Source: Actinomycetes bacterium (GTDB lineage Bacteria > Actinomycetota > Actinomycetes > Actinomycetales > Cellulomonadaceae). Taken from it: a stretch of 47,060 nucleotides of DNA. Shown here piece after piece: positions 36,095-43,782 of this stretch (within the stretch, counting starts at the first letter, position 1; every line of letters starts with the position of its first letter). A program made the translations under genes and the position numbers. The stretch spans positions 1 to 47,060 of the forward strand of contig JAEZBT010000024.1 in NCBI GenBank assembly GCA_023426865.1, in the 5' to 3' direction. The notes below the pieces were generated by a model that saw only the letters and a list, made by a program, of their open reading frames with translations, did not search any database and was not told where the DNA came from.

Positions 36095-36213
36095 AGCCTA
36101 AGCGGTTGCGGCCAGCACCCGGCCCGCTAACTGGCGCTGACTCCGCCGCGGTTAACCAGGCGTGTTCGCCCCGGAGTTGGGCAGGCGACGCGAGGCCTGC
36201 CGGCGACTACAGT
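36095..36213. promoter_or_regulatory. Back-to-back regulon boxes driving divergent promoters
   Basis: Box 36128-36154 with minus-strand -10 TAGGCT (36100-36095); box 36153-36179 with plus-strand -10 TACAGT (36208-36213). The two boxes share GTTAAC. Confidence 0.75.
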
Positions 36214-36244
36214 TCCTGCCATGACTCCCGCGTGGAGCTTTCGA

Positions 36245-36338
36245 CCGGGCGATTCCCGGAAACACCCCGCGGGGCTCTTCCCGCAGGGGAGGCGCTCCGC
36301 CCTGAAGGTCCGCACCGGACCAGGAGCGCTACATCATG
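36245..36338 (+). repeat. Conserved structured 5' leader motif (copy 2)
   Basis: CCGGG-cgatt-CCCGG-AAA-CACCCCGCGGGG (36263-36274) CTCTTCCC-gca-GGGGAGG...TCCGC...CAGGAGCGCTACATCATG. Confidence 0.65.
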
Positions 36339-36476
36339 TTCAAGTTCAAAGTCGTTACCCGCCAGGGGTCCTTCGAGGTCGAGGCCACCTGCAGCATTGC
36401 TGCGGAGCTTGAGATCGAGGACCAGGGCCTGGGCGTTGCCATCGACGTCATCCCGTTGGGGGTGGGTCATGTCTGA
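36336..36476 (+). CDS. Small acidic hypothetical protein (46 aa, absent from the ORF track)
   Basis: AGGAG RBS; MFKFKVVTRQGSFEVEATCSIAAELEIEDQGLGVAIDVIPLGVGHV; overlaps the next start. Confidence 0.65.
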   Translation: MFKFKVVTRQGSFEVEATCSIAAELEIEDQGLGVAIDVIPLGVGHV

Positions 36477-36741
36477 GGTCGCCGTTTGCAAGGTTCTGGC
36501 TACCGCCCCCGGCGGCTACCTGGCCACCGTCACACCGGCTGGTGGCCCCCGCGGCTACGCGGCGATCCGAAGCGGATCAGCGCCGACCATCGACGAAGCC
36601 ATCGGACGTGCCATGGGGCGGCCGGGACTGCGCTTTGCCAGCGACAGCGACGAACGCGAAGCCCAGATCCTGACGTTCCGCCAGCGCGCCTTCAGTGTGC
36701 TAGCTAAGGACGACAAGCTCTGCACCATCGGCTTGCGCTGA
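36469..36741 (+). CDS. Hypothetical protein
   Basis: MSEVAVCKVLATAPGG...; translationally coupled to the upstream small ORF. Confidence 0.6.
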   Translation: MSEVAVCKVLATAPGGYLATVTPAGGPRGYAAIRSGSAPTIDEAIGRAMGRPGLRFASDSDEREAQILTFRQRAFSVLAKDDKLCTIGLR

Positions 36742-36795
36742 TCAAACCATCGAAGGGGTGCATCGCCAGGGCGATGGCACCCGTGGAGCACATGC

Positions 36796-37239
36796 ATGGA
36801 CTACGAGAGTTACAACGCGGCATGGGGGGTGATCAGCCCGCTGATGCTGAAGCGTCTGGAAGAGCTTTCGGACGTATTCGGCGAGCACAGCGTCTCGATG
36901 ACCGAGCCCCGGCAGTCTGGCGACGAGGAGTGGTCGCACAGCGTCGAGCTGATGAGGGATGGCGAGGTTATCGCATCGCTGGATTTCACGCTGCACGATG
37001 GTGACGTGTACGGGGAGGAGGGGTTCTCCACCTCGCTGACCTGGTCGGCGGCGGACGGCGACCTGCCGGCCCACCGCTGGGCACCGTACGTCTACACCCC
37101 GGAGGCGTTCTCCCAGGACCTCGCCGAGATCCAGCGGCGGATTGAGCGGGAGCTGGACCCAGGCATCATCTGCGCCACAGTGATGGCAGACCTGCTGGTC
37201 TTGGCCCATCGCACAGAGGCGCCAGCCGCCACACCGTAG
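36796..37239 (+). CDS. Acidic hypothetical protein
   Basis: GGAG RBS, 147 aa, very D/E-rich, followed by a terminator. Confidence 0.75.
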   Translation: MDYESYNAAWGVISPLMLKRLEELSDVFGEHSVSMTEPRQSGDEEWSHSVELMRDGEVIASLDFTLHDGDVYGEEGFSTSLTWSAADGDLPAHRWAPYVYTPEAFSQDLAEIQRRIERELDPGIICATVMADLLVLAHRTEAPAATP

Positions 37240-37245
37240 TACCCC

Positions 37246-37277
37246 AACCCCCTGCAGCATGCTGCAGGGGGTTTTCT
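37246..37277 (+). terminator. Intrinsic terminator
   Basis: AACCCCCTGCAG-catg-CTGCAGGGGGTT followed by TTCT. Confidence 0.85.
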
Positions 37278-37299
37278 ATGCCTGAGTGGGGCTGGCAGG

Positions 37300-37360
37300 T
37301 AACCCCCCACCCATCGGCCCGGGTTGGCCCAGCTTGGGCTGGGGGGGGAGGGCTTACAGT
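37300..37360 (+). promoter_or_regulatory. Regulon box with -10 TACAGT
   Basis: TAACC-N17-GGTTG (37300-37326), -10 at 37355-37360. Confidence 0.72.
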
Positions 37361-37391
37361 CCTCAGGTCTCAGTAGACCTTGCTCGCATTC

Positions 37392-38879
37392 ATGAAGAAG
37401 ACCGCACTGTCCCTGGCCCTCGCAACCGTGCTCATTGCCGGTGCCCCGACTGCCATGGCAGCGACCGCATCCACGATCGCCAGTGTCGCTGCCCGTGCCG
37501 ACGGAGGTGACGTCGAGGCGATGTACGAGGCCGGCCGCTATTACTTGGCCACCGGCGAAGTGCCCCGCGGCATCTTGTACCTGGAGAGCGTCATCCGGTC
37601 GGGGGCAGCAACTGGTGCGTACGCCCACGCCGCCCTCGCCGATTACTACGAGGGTAGCCGTCATCAGCAGGTCGCCCGCGAGGCCATGTACTACCACCTG
37701 CAGCAGGCCGCGGTGAAGGGCGACGTTGCTTCACAGGTGAAGCTCGGCAAGGAGCTGCTGGCCCAGGCTCGCATTCCCGGCACCGACCCGGCTACGCGCT
37801 CCCAGAATCAGAATCAGGCCCGCGTGCTGCTCGAGCATGCCTTCAATGCCGGCGACGAGAGCGAGGCTGGCTATCTACTGGGCCACGCTCTGCTGACTGG
37901 TGACGGACAGGCGACTGACACGATGGGCGGGCAGGCATGGCTGGCCAAGGCTGCGCAGCGCGGTCACACCCGGGCGGCGGCCGAGCTGGCCAACCACTAC
38001 GTGGCGACCGGCAACGGGGCTAGCGCCAAACCGTATTTCGAGCTCGCCGCCAACGCCGGCGACGGCAATGCCATGCTGGCCCTGGCAAATGGCCATCTGG
38101 ATGGCTCCCTTGGAGCGCCGAGCCCGGGTGAGGCAAGGAAGTGGGCAGAGCGTGCAGTTGCCGCCGGTGTCGCCGGCGCCACGACCGTCCACCAACTCGC
38201 CCAGTCGGCAAGTGCTTCCGCCACCAGCCCGGCGGTCATCGTCCGCCCGCCGGCCGCTGCCCCGGCGGCAGCCAACGAGGATCGCGGCTTCGTCGCACGT
38301 CTGCGCGGCATCTTTGGCCGCAAGGAGCGGGACTATCCGGCTGTGAGCAACCGCTACGAGCCGGAGAACGGAATCATAGCCGCCTCGCCAGAAGACGAGG
38401 CCGAGGTTCTGCGTCGCAAGGTGGCGCAGCTGGAAGCGATCGTTACTGACCTTGCCGGCGGAGGGGAGCGCGCACGGGTGGCGCGCGCCCAGTCCGTGGA
38501 CCTTTCCCTCGAGTACCAGGACCTGCGTGATCCCCTGACCACGAACCAGCGTGGCCTGGACGCCCATGCGGCCGGCAACTATGCCGAGGCCTACCGCTAC
38601 TTCAGCCGGGCCGCCCGGGGCGGCGATGTCGATGCAATGAACAACATGGGTCTGCTGCTGCTGCAGGGCCTGGGCGTCGAGCAGAATACGTCGAAGGCCA
38701 TGGAGATGTTCCGAAGGGCATCCGAGATGGGCCATGCAACCGCGGCACATAACATCGGTTACATGTATGAGAACGGCGTGGGCGTCCGTCAGGACATCAG
38801 TCGGTCCCGGGTGTGGTACCGCCACTCGGCAACCATGGCTCGCCGCGCTGGGCAGGTGATGACGGCACAGGCCTACTGA
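37392..38879 (+). CDS. Secreted Sel1-repeat (SLR/TPR) protein
   Basis: Signal peptide MKKTALSLALA; multiple Sel1 repeats (AMNNMGLLLLQGLGVEQN, AAHNIGYMYENGVGVRQD). Confidence 0.9.
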   Translation: MKKTALSLALATVLIAGAPTAMAATASTIASVAARADGGDVEAMYEAGRYYLATGEVPRGILYLESVIRSGAATGAYAHAALADYYEGSRHQQVAREAMYYHLQQAAVKGDVASQVKLGKELLAQARIPGTDPATRSQNQNQARVLLEHAFNAGDESEAGYLLGHALLTGDGQATDTMGGQAWLAKAAQRGHTRAAAELANHYVATGNGASAKPYFELAANAGDGNAMLALANGHLDGSLGAPSPGEARKWAERAVAAGVAGATTVHQLAQSASASATSPAVIVRPPAAAPAAANEDRGFVARLRGIFGRKERDYPAVSNRYEPENGIIAASPEDEAEVLRRKVAQLEAIVTDLAGGGERARVARAQSVDLSLEYQDLRDPLTTNQRGLDAHAAGNYAEAYRYFSRAARGGDVDAMNNMGLLLLQGLGVEQNTSKAMEMFRRASEMGHATAAHNIGYMYENGVGVRQDISRSRVWYRHSATMARRAGQVMTAQAY

Positions 38880-38907
38880 CTACTTCTCCCAGGAAGGGAG
38901 GCGGGTG

Positions 38908-38975
38908 GGGGGCGGGTCTTCGGGTCCGCCCCTTTTTCATGGCCGGAAAAAGAAAGGCGCCCCGAAGGGCGCCCA
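38908..38975. terminator. Two opposed intrinsic terminators
   Basis: GGGGCGGG-tcttcggg-TCCGCCCC-TTTTT on the plus strand; AAAAAGAAA-GGCGCCC-gaa-GGGCGCC acts on the minus strand. Confidence 0.8.
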
Positions 38976-38989
38976 GTGATACAGGTCTC

Positions 38990-40675
38990 TCAGGTGGCCT
39001 GCTTAACGCTCAGGACACCTTGCTCATCGAACTCCAGTAGGAAGCGACTGCCCTTCAGGGCGTTCGGGAACCTACGCGGCAGACCATTATCCAGCATGCT
39101 CCTCAGGAGACCCACCGGGTCCGGACTGAGGATAGCCTGCCGGACAGCGGCAATCGCCTGACAGGTCACATACTCCACATGCTCGTCGTGGCGATCATCA
39201 CTGTCGGTGAAGGTGACGATGTTCCGCGCGGCGACCCACGGGTCCGTTTCGGGAGTCACGTAGAGCACGTTGTTGTCAGCGTCGTAGCGCGCGGCAATCT
39301 CAACCTCCGCACGAACGAGCGGCCGCAACTGAAGCGGGATCTCTTCGGCGGTTGCATCGCCCGGGTCCCACTTGGCCAGGATCTTATCGACCACGCACAA
39401 CGCCGTGGGCGTTCCGAAGATCATCACCTCGTCGCTCCCAAGGCTGTTGCCAACCCGCCACGAGAACTGGTACGGCTCTACGCTTTGCGTATGCGCACGA
39501 GACCAGTGCCAGAACGGCGCCCGACCGTCGGTAGCCAGTACACCAGCCCCGTGGACGAACTGCCTACACAGCAGGTACTCCTGCTCATCCGCGTAGTCCT
39601 CGAACTCCATGAGGCCATGCTTAGCCACAGCGTCACGGGTCCAATCCTCACTCGGATAATCGCGGCCATCCTCCACATGCTGCTGGAGGACAGGGTCACC
39701 CTCGAAGGTCCAAGCCCAGTGCCCGGGGAAGCGGGACAGCGAATTCAAGAGGTCCTTCATTCCCAGCTTTAGGGCCTCTCCGTAGTGCTCCGCGCAGAAC
39801 GCCTCTTCGGACATTACGCGCCGGCGCTCCTCCAGGAACGAGATCCGAAGGGCTCGGAGCTCTTCCGTGATCGTCTTGCTCGCACTCTCCGCGTCGACCA
39901 GATAGGCCCGGTCGGGCATCCTGCCCTTGAAAGCGGTGGGGTCGAGGTGGACGACCGACTTGCTCGTGTGCACAAGGTCGTGATGCCCCTCCCATACGTG
40001 GATCGGGAGGCCCTGGAGGTAGTAGGTCGCAAGGGCGTCGGTCTCGACGGTCACGCGCGAAACGTGGCCGATCGATGCAGCGATCACCTCGAGGTTCTCA
40101 AGTGCATCGGGACGAGGAAGCTCCTCGCCATCCAGGAACACTGGGATGGGAAAGCCCCGAACCAGCTTGCGCAGATACGCGCGGACGTGAGCGGCGGTGC
40201 CGAAGTTGTAGTCGTGGAGCCGGAACTCGGTAACACCGAGATCCGCGCTGTCGTTGACCGGCACGGCCTTCAGGTCCTGCAGGTCCTGGGTCATCGCGTA
40301 GACGTGCTTGCCCAGCGACATGATCCCCAATGCCTTGCAGGCAAAGATGGCGGCGCAGAGTCCCATGCCATACGGGCCCTCGGCCTCCTGGATCCCCTGG
40401 TCCCAGCCGGACTTGGCCAGCGAGAAGAGGATCCCGAAGTCGCTGATGCCGCAGCCATTGTCCTGCACGACGACCACGTCATCGGTCACGAAGAAATCGA
40501 CGTGGGTGGCACCGGCGCGGCGGGCATTCTGGAGTAGCTCGCCCAGCACGACCAGCTTGCCGCTGAAGGTGGCACCGATACCGCGAAGCACGCTTCTGGG
40601 ATCGGCCGTGACCTGGATGGAGCTGGGGGCATTGCCCTGCTCGGTGGCGGGGCAGTTGTTGGAATCGAACGTCAT
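38990..40675 (-). CDS. GHKL (HATPase_c/HSP90-like) ATP-binding protein
   Basis: AGGAG RBS; ELLQNARRAGA (N box), QDNGCGI (G1 box), PYGMGL (G2 box). Start reassigned to ATG 40675. Confidence 0.85.
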   Translation of the reverse strand: MTFDSNNCPATEQGNAPSSIQVTADPRSVLRGIGATFSGKLVVLGELLQNARRAGATHVDFFVTDDVVVVQDNGCGISDFGILFSLAKSGWDQGIQEAEGPYGMGLCAAIFACKALGIMSLGKHVYAMTQDLQDLKAVPVNDSADLGVTEFRLHDYNFGTAAHVRAYLRKLVRGFPIPVFLDGEELPRPDALENLEVIAASIGHVSRVTVETDALATYYLQGLPIHVWEGHHDLVHTSKSVVHLDPTAFKGRMPDRAYLVDAESASKTITEELRALRISFLEERRRVMSEEAFCAEHYGEALKLGMKDLLNSLSRFPGHWAWTFEGDPVLQQHVEDGRDYPSEDWTRDAVAKHGLMEFEDYADEQEYLLCRQFVHGAGVLATDGRAPFWHWSRAHTQSVEPYQFSWRVGNSLGSDEVMIFGTPTALCVVDKILAKWDPGDATAEEIPLQLRPLVRAEVEIAARYDADNNVLYVTPETDPWVAARNIVTFTDSDDRHDEHVEYVTCQAIAAVRQAILSPDPVGLLRSMLDNGLPRRFPNALKGSRFLLEFDEQGVLSVKQAT

Positions 40676-40765
40676 GTTGCTATCTCCTGAGATTGCGGAG
40701 ACAGCAGCCCCTGGCGGGGATGCGTGTCCCCGCGGGGTGGGTGTGTATCCGGCTACGGGCCGGTC
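40673..40765 (-). repeat. Conserved structured 5' leader motif (copy 3)
   Basis: Minus strand: CCGG-cccgtag-CCGG-ATACACAC-CCACCCCGCGGGGACACGCATCCCC-gcca-GGGGCTGCTGTCTCCGCAATCTCAGGAGATAGCAACATG. Confidence 0.75.
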
Positions 40766-40789
40766 CGACGCCAGGGGCGTGGTGCGCCC

Positions 40790-40883
40790 ATTGTGCGTTG
40801 GGTGCGGGGATGCGGCGACGGTGCAACCCTCGCCCATCGGGCCGGGGTTGCGAGCCGATCGAGGCGGGGCACCCGGCAATACT
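40790..40883. promoter_or_regulatory. Single regulon box serving divergent promoters (relaxase and GHKL gene)
   Basis: CAACC-N17-GGTTG (40824-40850); plus-strand -10 AATACT (40878-40883); minus-strand -10 CACAAT (40795-40790). Confidence 0.7.
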
Positions 40884-40890
40884 GGTGGAC

Positions 40891-43782
40891 ATGCTCAAAG
40901 GCCTGTCCAAGTTCCTCTTTGCCCGTGGTTCCGCCGCGCCCGCGCCGGATCCAGCGGCCCAAGCACCGGAGCTGGCTACGCAGACGGCGGCGCCTGCGGC
41001 CGGGGGCCCCCAGATCACCGAGATCCTTGACCCTGGCGCGCCCTACGCATTCGGCGAGCCCGTGCCGCGGTGGCCTGAAAGGGGTGCTGCCGTAGTCGCA
41101 GCTCACCCAGACCAGCTGTTGGAGACCCAGCGGGATGTGATCCAGCGCATCAAGTCCTTCAGCCCCCTGACACCGGCCAGGTTCGACGCCCTGGTCCTGC
41201 CTGTTTTCCGCCGATACGCGGAGTGGGTGCACCTCTTGCCGGCAAGCGAGGCGCACCACCACTTCGGGCCGGGCGGCCTGCTGGCTCATGGCTTCGAGGT
41301 CGCGCTGCACGCCGCGCGCATGGCTGACGGAAAGCAGGTGGGGATGGAGCTGTCCCCGAGTGAGCGCGCCCTCTACACGCCGCGCTGGCGCATGGCCACG
41401 ATGCTCGGCGGTCTCTTCCACGACCTGGGCAAGCCTCTGGTTGACTGCGGCGCGACGGATCCGACGAATACCAAGACGTGGCCTTCCATGGACGGGAGCC
41501 TGTACGCGTGGCTGATGGCCAACGGGCTGACCCATTACCGCATCTACTGGCGCTCGGGCGCGCGCCACGAGCGGCACAAGCCGGTGGGCACTGCCGTCGT
41601 AAGAGAGATCCTCGGCCACGACATGCTGGCGTGGCTGAGTGACGAGCCGACCCAGGAGGTCGTCACGCTGCTGATGATGAGCATTGCCACGGGGCGTGCG
41701 GCGAACAACCTGATGTCCGTGGTGGTCTCCCAGGCCGACTCCCTGTCGGTCGAGGCGGACCTGAAGCGTCTGGCGGCCAAGACCCAGCAGACAGGTCAGG
41801 GTGGCACGCACAGCGTCGGCGCGCTGTTCATGGCGGAACTGCGCAAGCTGGTGGAGAGCAACAAGATCGAGGTCAACAAGCGCGGCGCGTCGCTCTATCA
41901 CACCAACGCCGGCACGTTCGGCTTGAACCCGGCCATCATCGACGCCGTCCTTCCGGCGCTGGCCAAGAAGAACATCCCCGGTCTGCCGTCCAGGGCGGAC
42001 ATGGTGCAGCTGCTAGCCGACACCGGCTACATCGAGGGCTTCGAGGAGAAAGGCAAGGAGGTTGAGCGAGCGGGCGCCATCTGGGCGCTGTCGGTCAAGA
42101 CGACCCACAGGGACGAGGTGCTGCTCACGCCGGACCTGCGGGCCATCAAGTTCGCGCAGCCGGAGTACATATTCGGCAACCTGCCGTTGCCGCCGGAGCT
42201 GGAGGCGCAGGCACGGCCGCCCTTCATGACCGACGCCGATCGCGCAGCCGCTGCCGCGGCGGTCCAGGTTGCCGACGCTCCACAGTCGGCTGAGTCCGCC
42301 TTGGGCGCTCCACAGGTTCCGCAGGCGAGACCTGAGCCGCAGGTCACCTCTGAGGCGTCCCCCGTGGCAGCCGCGACCACATCGGCGTCGACAGCGCCGC
42401 CAGCGCAGACGCCAGCGGCCAGTGCCGCCACTGCGTCAGCGTCGGAGCCGCTGCAGCCCGAGCCTGTCGCCGGCGCAGCGGAGCCCTTCATCGCTGACCG
42501 CAAGAATCGCCGCGACCTGGCGGACGAGACCAGCATGGAGGCCGAACGACGCCGCGATAAGCGGACCGGCGAGGGTGAGTCCGCAGCGGACTGCCTGGCC
42601 AAGCTCGAGACGATGGGCTTCGCCGGACCAGCCGTGTCTGGCGTCATCCGCCGCATAGCAAGCCGCAAGCTGATCTGGCAGCAGGACGTGTTCGAGACGA
42701 GCGATGGCCTGGTCGTGCGCTTTCCCGCAGGGCTGGAGAAGCTAGGCATGGCGCCAGAGGACATCCTGAGCCATTGCGCACAGCAGCGCTGGCTCGTCAC
42801 CGACGCGGGCTCGTCCAGGAAGACGACTGAGCGCAGCTTTCCGAACGGCCAGGCAGCCAAGTGCGTGGTCTTCACGGGCTTCGTGCATCGGACCTGGGAG
42901 GCCGTGCGGCGCGAGTTCCCGGCGATTGCCGACGGCCAAGCCGTCACCCTCCCCGGGGATGAGGAGCCTGCAGGGGGGGCGAACGACACCGCCGCGGGCC
43001 AGGTCGCACCTCAGCGGCAATCGCGGCAGCAGGGTGCGTCCGACGCGCCCCGGGACCGCGGCACGTCCTCGGCCCGGCGCGAGGCCGAGGGCGCTCGCCC
43101 GTCGGGGGCGCCATCTGGTGCGCGTCCTGCGCAGGGGCAGTCCGCCGCACAAGGCAATCGGTCAGCGCAGGAGGCGCCGGCGCGCCGGGAGCGCAAGTTC
43201 CAGCCGATCGCTGGGGCGGCGCCGGCACCTGGCCGCGGCCCGTCCGCGCCCTCAACCGTGATCAACCCGGTCGCCAAGGCGCCGGTCGACACTACCGGCC
43301 CGCGACCGGCCGCGATGTCTGCCGCAGAGCCGACTCTGCCCGTCATCCCGGTGCAGAACACGGGGAAGAAGTACCCACGTGGCCTGGGTGACCTCGCCGC
43401 CGACAAGAAGAGCGACCTCAATCCGATCAAGATCGAATGGATCAACGGCATGGTCATGCGCGTGGTGCTCATGGACATGGTCAAGCACGGCCTGGATCCG
43501 AACGACCTGACGCAGTGCACGCCCGAGATCATCAAGAGGGCGCTGAAGTATTACACCAGCCGCCAGGGTGGGCCGCGCATAGGACCCATGTTCGCGGTGC
43601 TGGAGGACAGGGCGAATCCGGCCTTTATTGTGCAGCTGCCGCCCACCATGGACATCGAGGCGATCAAGGACATCAAGGTGAACCCGGAATACAAGATGCC
43701 CGATTGGGTCGTGCGTGTTGACGGCAAGGATTTCCTGCAGATCGCACGCGACACCGTAAAGGCACATGGAGGTAAGGCGTGA
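40891..43782 (+). CDS. traI: MOBH family conjugative relaxase
   Basis: HLLPASEAHHHFGPGGLLAHGFEVA, FHDLGK and SQADSLSV (TraI_2 HD domain). Start reassigned to ATG 40891. Confidence 0.93.
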   Translation: MLKGLSKFLFARGSAAPAPDPAAQAPELATQTAAPAAGGPQITEILDPGAPYAFGEPVPRWPERGAAVVAAHPDQLLETQRDVIQRIKSFSPLTPARFDALVLPVFRRYAEWVHLLPASEAHHHFGPGGLLAHGFEVALHAARMADGKQVGMELSPSERALYTPRWRMATMLGGLFHDLGKPLVDCGATDPTNTKTWPSMDGSLYAWLMANGLTHYRIYWRSGARHERHKPVGTAVVREILGHDMLAWLSDEPTQEVVTLLMMSIATGRAANNLMSVVVSQADSLSVEADLKRLAAKTQQTGQGGTHSVGALFMAELRKLVESNKIEVNKRGASLYHTNAGTFGLNPAIIDAVLPALAKKNIPGLPSRADMVQLLADTGYIEGFEEKGKEVERAGAIWALSVKTTHRDEVLLTPDLRAIKFAQPEYIFGNLPLPPELEAQARPPFMTDADRAAAAAAVQVADAPQSAESALGAPQVPQARPEPQVTSEASPVAAATTSASTAPPAQTPAASAATASASEPLQPEPVAGAAEPFIADRKNRRDLADETSMEAERRRDKRTGEGESAADCLAKLETMGFAGPAVSGVIRRIASRKLIWQQDVFETSDGLVVRFPAGLEKLGMAPEDILSHCAQQRWLVTDAGSSRKTTERSFPNGQAAKCVVFTGFVHRTWEAVRREFPAIADGQAVTLPGDEEPAGGANDTAAGQVAPQRQSRQQGASDAPRDRGTSSARREAEGARPSGAPSGARPAQGQSAAQGNRSAQEAPARRERKFQPIAGAAPAPGRGPSAPSTVINPVAKAPVDTTGPRPAAMSAAEPTLPVIPVQNTGKKYPRGLGDLAADKKSDLNPIKIEWINGMVMRVVLMDMVKHGLDPNDLTQCTPEIIKRALKYYTSRQGGPRIGPMFAVLEDRANPAFIVQLPPTMDIEAIKDIKVNPEYKMPDWVVRVDGKDFLQIARDTVKAHGGKA

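Noticed and set aside
40680..40890. oriT upstream of the relaxase
   Set aside because: The hairpins there are explained by the leader motif and the regulon box. I cannot recognise a MOBH nic site, and oriT need not be adjacent to traI.
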